Source of the DNA: Acaryochloris marina MBIC11017
Lineage (GTDB): Bacteria; Cyanobacteriota; Cyanobacteriia; Thermosynechococcales; Thermosynechococcaceae
DNA: 32,000 bases
Assembly: GCF_000018105.1 (NCBI RefSeq)
Contig: NC_009925.1
Coordinates: 6,180,001 to 6,212,000, forward strand
Direction of reading: 5' to 3'
Part shown: positions 17,920-25,630 of the stretch, in pieces
Numbering within the stretch: position 1 is the stretch's first letter
Layout: the number at the start of each line of letters is the position of its first letter
Made by a program: the position numbers and the translations under genes
Notes under the pieces: generated by a model
Told to the model about the DNA's origin: nothing
The model's database searches: none
What the model saw: only the letters and a program-made list of their open reading frames with translations

Positions 17920-18483
17920 CTACAGCCCCATTGCAGAGCGAGTGGCAAAGGTGATAATGCCAAGCCCCAGGAGCGCGATGACAAGTGCAGCGGTAAACTG
18001 CTTGACCCGAGTAAAGGAGTGGGTGCCAACCTGAGGGCTAGGAATCGACAGCTCTCTACTGAGCCGTAACCCTTGCACTGAAACGATCATTAAAGGCAAC
18101 GAAACAATGGTTCCGAGGACTTCAATTATGAATAGAGCTGAAGGCATTGCGTCAGGGGACACCGGGAACAGGCGACCTAAATCAAGTACATACACCAGAA
18201 AATAAGACAGACCAGCAATCGCTGATGCTGCATAAGCCCAGCGCTGACGTTGCCAGACAAAGTAAATCAACAACAAGCTCAACAGACTTAGAGCGGTTAG
18301 AAAGGTATTAAAGCTCCCTAAAACAATGGGATTAATGTGGGCAAAACTGCGGGTTTCAATCAGTCCCCCTGGCACCAAGCTAGTGAGTAAAACCGACGAA
18401 AGCGCTAACAGAGCAGGCGCACCGTACTGGACCGTTTTTGAGAATTGAGCAGGTTGGTGGTTAGACGAAATGATAGTAGTCAT
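17920..18483 (-). CDS. integral membrane protein, unknown family
   Basis: Hydrophobic ORF with 5-6 predicted membrane segments. I prefer the ATG at 18483 because GAGGA lies upstream. The ORF track starts at 18534. Confidence 0.5.
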   Translation of the reverse strand: MTTIISSNHQPAQFSKTVQYGAPALLALSSVLLTSLVPGGLIETRSFAHINPIVLGSFNTFLTALSLLSLLLIYFVWQRQRWAYAASAIAGLSYFLVYVLDLGRLFPVSPDAMPSALFIIEVLGTIVSLPLMIVSVQGLRLSRELSIPSPQVGTHSFTRVKQFTAALVIALLGLGIITFATRSAMGL

Positions 18484-18539
18484 GGTGATATCCTCATACT
18501 TTAGAAAAAAGAACTCGAAATCAACAAAAAGCAAGTGGC

Positions 18540-19172
18540 TTACAGCTTTTCCCCAGGCCGATAGGGTGTTTCATGAAGTAGGTGACTAACCAACAGCTTC
18601 AGGAAAAGCAGGGGTAGAAACCACTCCAAACCAGGAGTAGCAGCGAGGCAGTAGCGATCGCATAGCAGCGCCACAACATAAAGGCCCAGAGCGACAGGCC
18701 GCTGGAGATAAAGCGGACAGCTCAGGATCAACGCTGATGCCCCCAGCAGATAACCGGAGACACTGACAAGGAAATACCAATCACCACCCCGAAAGAGCAG
18801 CGCCACAAGACCGACATGGACCATATGCAGGACCACAAAACTCAGATGCTGTTGCCATCCTTGACTGGGCCGGTGATACCAACGCTTGGCGGCAGCCGTC
18901 GCGTTCGTCAGAACACCTCCAACAAAGTCGAAACCCAAAACTGAAATGAGTCCCAGCTGTAGTGGCGACCATTCAATTGGCAACGTCATCGCATAGGCTG
19001 GGGCCGCGATCGCTGCCGTAACAGCAGGAACAAACTGAAGAACCATTTCAGCAGCAGTCGCACCAGGACCAATGAAGCGATCCAGTTGCCCGCTGAGACC
19101 AGGGCGGGGCAATGGACCATGCTGATCCTCTTGTGGCTCGAATTCTATTGAGGCTTGAATTGGACCTTGCAT
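18540..19172 (-). CDS. integral membrane protein, unknown family
   Basis: 210-aa ORF with several hydrophobic segments. It is the first gene of a minus-strand unit divergent from the TetR gene at 19279. Confidence 0.5.
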   Translation of the reverse strand: MQGPIQASIEFEPQEDQHGPLPRPGLSGQLDRFIGPGATAAEMVLQFVPAVTAAIAAPAYAMTLPIEWSPLQLGLISVLGFDFVGGVLTNATAAAKRWYHRPSQGWQQHLSFVVLHMVHVGLVALLFRGGDWYFLVSVSGYLLGASALILSCPLYLQRPVALGLYVVALLCDRYCLAATPGLEWFLPLLFLKLLVSHLLHETPYRPGEKL

Positions 19173-19183
19173 ATTCGCAACCT

Positions 19184-19222
19184 CATAACAGTTGTTATGT
19201 AACTAACATAATGACTGTTATG
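19184..19222. promoter_or_regulatory. two related 16-bp palindromic sites (candidate TetR operators)
   Basis: The sites are CATAACA-GT-TGTTATG (19184-19199) and CATAATGACTGTTATG (19207-19222), 23 bp apart start to start. They lie in the 106-bp divergent intergenic region. Confidence 0.5.
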
Positions 19223-19278
19223 ATATCTGTCAACTGAGTTGTTAGATATTCTTCTGTACTTCTTTGTGGTTAACGTTT

Positions 19279-19803
19279 ATGTCTCAGCAGGATCGTCGTC
19301 TTGAAGTCTCTGAGGCCGCTTGGCGCGTCATTGTCCGGGAGGGGTTAGACCGTGCCAGTATGCGGGCGATCGCACAGGAAATGAATTGCACGACGGGGGT
19401 AGTCACTCACTACTTCCGAAATAAGCAGGAGCTGATTCTGTTTGCCCTACACCAGGTCTCAGACCGCTTGCAGATGATGATGCAGTTGGCGATAGAGAAT
19501 GTTTCAGGGGTTGATCGGTTGAAAGCAATGCTGTTGTCTTTTTTACCCTTGGATCAAGAACGGCAGGAAATCCTGCGGGTGTGGGTCGCCTATTTGGGCT
19601 ATTCAGTTGGCAGAGATGGACTACTGAAGGAGCATCAGCAGAGTGCGGCTGAGCTGCGGGCGGTTATTATTCAGGAGTTAGAGGTTCTTCAGAGCGCTGG
19701 CCTTCTTCGGGAAGATCTATTGCCTAAGGTGGAGGCGAATGCTTTGCTTGCCCTTGTGAATGGTGTTGCTATAGACTCTCTGATTCAGACGGAGCATCTT
19801 TAA
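19279..19803 (+). CDS. TetR/AcrR family transcriptional regulator, probably C-terminally truncated by a nonsense codon
   Basis: The HTH is ASMRAIAQEMNCTTGVVTHYFRNKQELI. The ORF ends at a TAA at 19801-19803, but the same frame stays open for 26 more codons (PKQQEAIIKRYIAGMLPGRSLAANND) up to the TGA at 19882-19884. Confidence 0.75.
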   Translation: MSQQDRRLEVSEAAWRVIVREGLDRASMRAIAQEMNCTTGVVTHYFRNKQELILFALHQVSDRLQMMMQLAIENVSGVDRLKAMLLSFLPLDQERQEILRVWVAYLGYSVGRDGLLKEHQQSAAELRAVIIQELEVLQSAGLLREDLLPKVEANALLALVNGVAIDSLIQTEHL

Positions 19804-20125
19804 CCTAAGCAGCAAGAGGCAATTATTAAGCGGTATATCGCAGGTATGCTGCCAGGTCGCTCCTTAGCCGCAAATAACGATTGAGTCGAACTGCCAGATA
19901 TACCGAAAATGATCTCCTATATCTAAGAAAATCAAGCAGATCACATTCTGAAAATACTGACATATAAGGCTTTAGTGACAACATGACCCTTTCTTACACA
20001 AATCATTGCAATACCCCACCTTCGGTTAAGAATCTATATTTACTAAGTAGCTCAGTGTGACATGAGTTCAAGGAGAGCTAGATTTAGAGACCAGTCATTT
20101 GACACCTACCTTTGCTTTCCATATA

Positions 20126-20149
20126 ATTAGAGAACGATCATTCTCTAAT
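20126..20149. promoter_or_regulatory. palindromic operator, copy 1
   Basis: ATTAGAGAA-CGATCA-TTCTCTAAT has 9-bp perfect arms and lies 17 nt upstream of the TetR start codon. Confidence 0.6.
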
Positions 20150-20166
20150 ATGAAGGTAATAGCTTT

Positions 20167-20730
20167 TTGCCACGACCTCGCGAATTTGAACCTGATGAAG
20201 CACTTGATGCAGTGATGCATGTGTTCTGGAAAAAAGGGTTTGCAGAAACAAGCTATGAAGATCTAGTGTTGGCAAGTGGTGTGAGTCGTAAAAGTCTTTA
20301 CACCGTCTTTGGTGACAAAGAGGCTTTGTTTATCGCATCATTACGTCTGTATCGTCAGACTGTTTTCAAGTCAATTCTTTCTGGTATTGAACAGGAAGCG
20401 ATTACCATTGACGACATCATAAGGGCGCTGAAGAATCTCGGTCTGCTCGCAATTTCAGACGCGGGTAGCACGGGTTGCTTCATGGCCAACACTGCTTCCG
20501 ATGAAATACTTCGGATACCTGAAGTCAAGGACCAAGTTAATGCTCACTTAAAATCCATGTCGAAGATTTTTTATGATGCCTTGAAACGTGCAGGCATTCA
20601 ATCGGACCGGGCTGTTATGCTAGCAGATTATCTTACGGGTGTATTACAAGGTCTTTTTGTATTGGCCCATGCGCGTGCAGAAAAGACCCTGATCGAAAAT
20701 TATATTGATTCTGCGATCGCAATCTTATAA
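20167..20730 (+). CDS. TetR/AcrR family transcriptional regulator
   Basis: 187-aa ORF with a TTG start. Its N-terminus, MPRPREFEPDEALDAVMHVFWKKGFAETSYEDLV, parallels the TetR at 8394. Confidence 0.8.
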   Translation: MPRPREFEPDEALDAVMHVFWKKGFAETSYEDLVLASGVSRKSLYTVFGDKEALFIASLRLYRQTVFKSILSGIEQEAITIDDIIRALKNLGLLAISDAGSTGCFMANTASDEILRIPEVKDQVNAHLKSMSKIFYDALKRAGIQSDRAVMLADYLTGVLQGLFVLAHARAEKTLIENYIDSAIAIL

Positions 20731-20742
20731 TTTTTTTTGGCT

Positions 20743-20768
20743 AATTAGAGAACAATCATTCTCTAATT
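20743..20768. promoter_or_regulatory. palindromic operator, copy 2
   Basis: AATTAGAGAA-CAATCA-TTCTCTAATT has 10-bp perfect arms and the same half-sites as 20126-20149. It sits between the TetR stop and the SRPBCC gene. Confidence 0.6.
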
Positions 20769-20835
20769 AGGAGTTTTGATATCGAATCATTCTGATGTCG
20801 AACAGTTAAACCACAAATCTAACGGAGTTTCCATC

Positions 20836-21321
20836 ATGGGCAAAGTTTATGTTGAAGTTCAGATACCTGCGCCTACGTCAGATGTCTGGAATGTACTTGC
20901 AAACTATGGCGAGATTTACAAATTCAATCCTGGTGTTGCAAATTCTTTTATCCTCGACGGGAGCGTTGCCAAAGGAGTTGGTGCCCATCGGCGATGTGAT
21001 TTAAGCGATGGTAAGAATCACGTTCTTGAACGTGTAACTCATTGGAAAGAAGGAGAGTCTTACACCGTCGATATTTACGACGGGACAATGCCACTGAGGA
21101 CAGCTCAAGCCAGGCTTGGGGTTAGATCGAACACGGGAGCAACGTCCGTCGCGTTTATGGAAATGGAATATGTGCCGAAATTTGGCGTTATTGGTCGCCT
21201 CATGGATGCACTCATGATGCAGCGAGAAATGCACAAACTTGGCAGACGTGTTCTTTCTGGACTGGCTGAATTTGTTACTTCAAATTCGGGTGCATCTTAT
21301 ATCTCAAAGGCAGGACAATGA
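20836..21321 (+). CDS. SRPBCC (START / polyketide cyclase-dehydrase-like) family protein
   Basis: MGKVYVEVQIPAPTSDVWNVLANYGEIYKFNPGV is a typical SRPBCC N-terminus. I prefer the ATG at 20836, which has GGAG about 9 nt upstream, over the TTG at 20776. Confidence 0.7.
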   Translation: MGKVYVEVQIPAPTSDVWNVLANYGEIYKFNPGVANSFILDGSVAKGVGAHRRCDLSDGKNHVLERVTHWKEGESYTVDIYDGTMPLRTAQARLGVRSNTGATSVAFMEMEYVPKFGVIGRLMDALMMQREMHKLGRRVLSGLAEFVTSNSGASYISKAGQ

Positions 21322-22175
21322 TTAAACTTCCCGAACCTCGCAATAAACGAATGGTCTTGGGCGGTGGCGACGTCAAAATTGCTGTCCAACAATGGGGTAA
21401 AGCCAACGGTTTCCCAATCCTGTTTATTCATGCTTTTTCGCAAAGTCATCTCGCTTGGTGGCAACAAATTGCAGGTCGACTATCGCTTCAATTTAATTTG
21501 ACTACCTTCGATAATCGTGGACATGGCAACTCTGCTAAACCTGAAGGTATTGAACCCTACACTAACGGAGATCTATATGCTGATGACATAAAAGCAGTTA
21601 TCAGCAAATGCAAACTAAAACGGCCAATTATAGTTGCCTGGTCTATTGGTGGCGTTATCCTTGGCGATTATCTTGCTAAATATGGTGATCAAAATGTATC
21701 TGGGATTGTTTACCTCGGTGCTGCACATCAGCTAGGGATTGAACCGGGATACGTTGGCTCTGCCTTCGCAGAGAAAGCGGTTGGAATGCTGTCCAACGAT
21801 CTTGCCACAAACGTTGCAGCCACGATTGCTGTTGGAGAGCAAGTAACAGCTAAGTCAACTGACCCTTCAACTTTTACCTTCATTATTGCGACCAATATGG
21901 TGGTACCCACTCATGTAAGAGCTGGAATGTTGAGGCGTAAGGTTGATCACATTACCAATACTCTCCCCAAAGTTTTAGTGCCCAGCCGATTTATTCATGG
22001 CAGTAAAGATCAGATTGTTCTACTTGCTTCTTCCGAAGCTGCTGCTGCAGCTAGTCCAAACAGCAAATTGATCATCCTAAATGGGGTTGGCCATGCCCCT
22101 CATATCGAAGCTGCGGAGGCGTTAGCAACTGAACTGGAGCATTTGGTTTCAGAGCTAGGCGAGGGAGAAGGATAA
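21318..22175 (+). CDS. alpha/beta-fold hydrolase
   Basis: 285-aa ORF with an oxyanion HAF region (ILFIHAFSQSH) and a nucleophile elbow-like VAWSIGG. A C-terminal GVGHAPHIE supplies the histidine. Its start overlaps the upstream stop (ATGA). Confidence 0.8.
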   Translation: MIKLPEPRNKRMVLGGGDVKIAVQQWGKANGFPILFIHAFSQSHLAWWQQIAGRLSLQFNLTTFDNRGHGNSAKPEGIEPYTNGDLYADDIKAVISKCKLKRPIIVAWSIGGVILGDYLAKYGDQNVSGIVYLGAAHQLGIEPGYVGSAFAEKAVGMLSNDLATNVAATIAVGEQVTAKSTDPSTFTFIIATNMVVPTHVRAGMLRRKVDHITNTLPKVLVPSRFIHGSKDQIVLLASSEAAAAASPNSKLIILNGVGHAPHIEAAEALATELEHLVSELGEGEG

Positions 22176-22915
22176 TGATTGAATTTTCTAGCATTCCTTT
22201 TCTATTTATTGCTCAGAGCTTATTCCTCTTGACGGCTGCGAGTCATACGAAGCGAAGGATGAGATCACCTCATACTGGGTCAACTGGCATCATTGTCATT
22301 TCATCACTATCGCTGTGGGGTGGTCTCAGCACATATCTATCGACTAGTGGCGTTTATGCAACTTCTGCTTTTCTATCTCTAATGCCTGGTCTTTGGTTGC
22401 CCTTTATTCCATTCATCATTGTGGGACTTATTTTGCTCGCACTTCCATTCACACGCATTAGTGTTCAGGATGTTGCATTAGCTGTTCCTTCGCATTGGTG
22501 GGTTGGCATTCAAGCCCTACGAATACTTGCTTTAGGGACATTGCTAAAAACAACTACGGGACATTTCCCAGTACATGTAGAGTTAGCGGTTGGCCTGACG
22601 GATGCAGCATTTGGGATGAGTGGTGTGTTTATTTACCGACTTGCGAAATCCCATCGGATCTCGGTTGATGCCCTTGCCCTATGGCATGTCATTGGACTAC
22701 TCATCATCATTCTTCCGGGCGAGTTGGCCATACAGACGGGGTTGCCAGGAAAATTCCAGATCTTTTCAGCACCACCGACTGCGGAAATCATGCTTGCCTT
22801 TCCAATGGTGCTTGCTCCCTCGCTAGTTGTTCCGATATTTCTAATGCTCAACATTTTGGGAGCCTATGCTGCACTCCGTACAGAGCACTTAGGCAGCAAA
22901 AAGCCAGCATTATAA
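22175..22915 (+). CDS. integral membrane protein, unknown family
   Basis: 246-aa hydrophobic ORF. Its start overlaps the hydrolase stop (TAATG). Confidence 0.5.
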   Translation: MIEFSSIPFLFIAQSLFLLTAASHTKRRMRSPHTGSTGIIVISSLSLWGGLSTYLSTSGVYATSAFLSLMPGLWLPFIPFIIVGLILLALPFTRISVQDVALAVPSHWWVGIQALRILALGTLLKTTTGHFPVHVELAVGLTDAAFGMSGVFIYRLAKSHRISVDALALWHVIGLLIIILPGELAIQTGLPGKFQIFSAPPTAEIMLAFPMVLAPSLVVPIFLMLNILGAYAALRTEHLGSKKPAL

Positions 22916-22953
22916 CGACTGCAAAAAAATATCTTATTGAAAGGAGATCCGCT

Positions 22954-23820
22954 ATGTCGGATGGACGTGTTTTGATCGTAGGTGCAACAGGCCATGTTGG
23001 TTCGCAGGTTGCAAAATTACTTCTACAAAAAGGACGCCCAGTGAGGGTTATGGTGCGTCGAGAAGGGACCAGCATTCACGGTGCTACCGGAGATCTTCAA
23101 TACGTGCTCGGTGATCTGTCTGATCCTGCCAGCCTTCGCCGTGCTGTCACTGACGTTGACATTATTGTTTCAAGTGCCAACAGCATCATCCCATCAGGAA
23201 AAACCCTTTCAGTAAAGCGCATTAACGACAGCGGCTACGAAAATTTGATTGCAGCGGCTGAAGAAGCGGGTGTTCAACAATTCGTTCAGTCATCTGTTCC
23301 AAAACATCCCATGGAACAAACTGTACCTGAGCTTGCAGGCAAACGACTGATAGAGCAACGGCTACAATCCTCCTCAATAGCCTCAACAATTATCAGAAAC
23401 CCTGCTTTTATGGATGTCTGGTTAGTGATGTCGGGCGCACGTCAGCTCATTGGGCCTGATCCACATGCCACTACGCGCCGTCCGTATAACTTTATGAGGG
23501 TGTGGCAATCAATAACGGGTGACTTCGTAGTTAAACATGGGATATTGCTGGCTCCAGGAGGTAGTCAGCAAGGTTCTGTATTTATTTCAACTCGTGATGT
23601 TGCACAGATGATGGCTGGTACTGTAGGCCATCAAAATGCTTTGAATCGAATTATTGAGGCAGGTGGACCAGAATGGATCACTTGGGCAGAAGTGGCTGAA
23701 CTTCTTGCCAAAAAAATAGATCGTAACGTACGGACGTTACCTATTCCTGCGTGGTTCGCAGGAATAGGTCAAAGCATTGTGCAACCAATCATGCCATTTG
23801 CTGCCAATGTTCGGATCTAG
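22954..23820 (+). pseudogene. NmrA-like/atypical SDR NAD(P)-binding protein, 5-prime 286 codons, interrupted by IS insertion
   Basis: The start at 22954 has GGAG upstream, and the Rossmann motif is VLIVGATGHVGSQVAKLLLQKGRPVRVMVR. The native frame leaves the gene at 23812. Two IS-encoded codons and a stop follow. Confidence 0.8.
23805..23812. repeat. 8-bp target-site duplication, left copy (CAATGTTC)
   Basis: It is identical to 27441-27448 and directly abuts the outer inverted repeat of the IS dimer. Confidence 0.85.
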
Positions 23821-25622
23821 TCCACTTTTGGTGATGCTTGAGAAAATGCACGCAAAGCTATAAGCAGCAACTACTTCAGCTCATAAGCACCAAGCGTTTA
23901 TTCAAAAGGTCGAGACCAGCCCTCCCATACATTTGGCGCTTCACCATTTTCAATCGATTATTTTGTCCTTCAACCTGGCCATTACTCACTTCCAGTGTTA
24001 GGGCAGCTTTGACCGCTTCGTAGTCGTCTAGGAGCCCTTTCGCAAAACTCTGAAAAGGTTTCAGTGCACTATTTTTAGCTCTGTCCAACCACGGGTCTAG
24101 ATGTTGAGGTAATCTCTTCCTGACGATGAAGAGCAAGCTTTGAGCCAGATCAATGGCTTTTGAGAGTTCAGGTTGACTACTCAGCTGTTCCAAAATTGTC
24201 TCATCCTCTTCCGTTAGATTTTCCACCTTGCGCATCACCAACCAAGCCGCCCTCTGAACTGTCAAAGGCTTTTGGATGAGCTCTTGAGCCTCAGGAACAG
24301 GTCCTCTTCCTGGTAGCTCATTGAGGGAATCTCGTGGAGGCTGCGGGGGTAGAGACTGACGCAATTTGTGAGTGTAGCGAACGACCATCGTATAACTGCC
24401 CTTGAAGCCCTGCTGCTGAATCTCTGCTAATAATTGTTTGGAATTCTGACGACCTTTATTCCATTGTTCAAGCAGGTAGGCTTTGTAAGGGTTAAGACCA
24501 CTCCATCCTCGTCGGGGATGGGTTTTATACTCTTGAAATGTATCAGCAGCTAGGTAGGTATACACAGTGCGTTTGCCAATCCCCAGATGATGAGCAATAT
24601 CTTTGATCAGGTAACCTTGCTTGCGTAAAGCATGAGTCTGCTCGTATTTTTCCAATCTTCGAGCCCGATTTTGAGCCTTACGAGAATTAGGATCAACTTG
24701 AGGTTTCACCACAGGCTGGCTCATTGCTTCTGTGTCTTGATGCTCAGCAAGTGTAGCTTTCAGCAGGGTGTACTCGACTGTCTTGATTACTTGGGAATGA
24801 GAGCTAAACACGTTTTCTAGAATTTCTTCAAGGTTCTGGAGTAGATGAAAGCGGTCTGCAACCTGCAATGCATCAGGTGCCCCTTCACTTGCTCCTGATT
24901 TATATGCCTTGGAGCGATCACGAGAAATGACTTCGACACCAGGGTGCTCGTTCAACCAATCTGCTAACGTGTCTGCTTTGCGATCTGTTAACAAGACAAT
25001 AGGTTGATGCTTTTCAAGGTCCACAAGAATGGTGCCATATTCATGGCCTCTGCGAAGTGCAAAATCATCCACCCCTAATATTTTGGGCGTTGTCACTGAG
25101 GGAAGTGGAAGCTTGAAGAGGGCTCTCAACATAGTATTGCGACTACTTCCATAATTGATTTGATAACTCAGCCGGGCTGCAGCTGCACCACCAAGGGCCA
25201 AGCCAATCGAACTAAGGTGTTCTGCAAAGCGAACTGTCCTCCGAGCCCAAGGAACCGCGACCTGGGGTAGTCGCTCAGTAAAAATGCGACGCTTACAAGT
25301 TTTATTGGAACAGAAGAACTTGCAAACTTGAAGCAGAATAGTCAGACAGAATTCCACACAGGGAAGATCTCTCAAGGTCCGCTCATAGCGACTGTGAACC
25401 CGGTGTGATGTTTGATGGCAGACTGGGCAACAAGCCAAAGCTTGAGTTGAAGAAACATGGAAGGTCATCTGATGGTTTGTGGAGTCAAGATCCCAACTGT
25501 CCAAGTGAAGGGTGTCTTGGCACGGAAGGAATTGTTGGAAGAGTTCCATAACCAGACCTGGCAAGGGTTTACTCCTCTATCCTCTACCGCATAGTTGGCA
25601 TCACCAAAAGAGGACAAGAGCC
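23813..25622 (-). mobile_element. ISL3-family insertion sequence, copy 1 (1810 bp)
   Basis: The terminal inverted repeats GGATCTAGTCCACTTTTGGTGATGC (23813-23837) and GGCTCTTGTCCTCTTTTGGTGATGC (reverse complement of 25598-25622) match at 22 of 25 positions. The element contains a single transposase ORF. Confidence 0.9.
23876..25564 (-). CDS. ISL3-family transposase
   Basis: 562-aa ORF with an N-terminal zinc finger (CPVCHQ...H..H), a DDE region (LGVDDFALRRGHEYGTILVD ... ISRDRSKAY ... VADRFHLLQN) and an internal HTH (IKDIAHHLGIGKRTVYTYL). Confidence 0.9.
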   Translation of the reverse strand: MPGLVMELFQQFLPCQDTLHLDSWDLDSTNHQMTFHVSSTQALACCPVCHQTSHRVHSRYERTLRDLPCVEFCLTILLQVCKFFCSNKTCKRRIFTERLPQVAVPWARRTVRFAEHLSSIGLALGGAAAARLSYQINYGSSRNTMLRALFKLPLPSVTTPKILGVDDFALRRGHEYGTILVDLEKHQPIVLLTDRKADTLADWLNEHPGVEVISRDRSKAYKSGASEGAPDALQVADRFHLLQNLEEILENVFSSHSQVIKTVEYTLLKATLAEHQDTEAMSQPVVKPQVDPNSRKAQNRARRLEKYEQTHALRKQGYLIKDIAHHLGIGKRTVYTYLAADTFQEYKTHPRRGWSGLNPYKAYLLEQWNKGRQNSKQLLAEIQQQGFKGSYTMVVRYTHKLRQSLPPQPPRDSLNELPGRGPVPEAQELIQKPLTVQRAAWLVMRKVENLTEEDETILEQLSSQPELSKAIDLAQSLLFIVRKRLPQHLDPWLDRAKNSALKPFQSFAKGLLDDYEAVKAALTLEVSNGQVEGQNNRLKMVKRQMYGRAGLDLLNKRLVLMS

Positions 25623-25630
25623 CGAGGTTA

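Noticed and set aside
20003-20050. Possible att-like repeats: CATTGCAATACCCC...TTAAGAATCTATATTT here against TTAAGAATTTCTATTT...CATTGTAATACCCTATATTT at 27628-27678, bracketing the AT-rich operon and the IS dimer.
   Set aside because: The matches are short (14-17 nt with mismatches), occur in a different order on the two sides, and lie in AT-rich low-complexity DNA. I cannot tell them apart from chance without a proper alignment. They are worth a dot-plot but do not support a claim.
22681-22953. The NmrA-like ORF has a long N-terminal extension, with an ORF-track start at 22681.
   Set aside because: The extension overlaps the 3-prime third of the membrane-protein gene and translates to Cys/His/Ser-rich sequence with no recognisable motifs. 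A good GGAG-ATG start at 22954 gives the canonical Rossmann N-terminus.
23838-24023. 61-aa and 62-aa ORFs lie on the plus strand inside each ISL3 copy (also at 25656-25841, 24632-24820 and 26450-26638).
   Set aside because: They are antisense to the transposase, lie wholly within it, and have no motifs. They appear twice only because the IS is duplicated.
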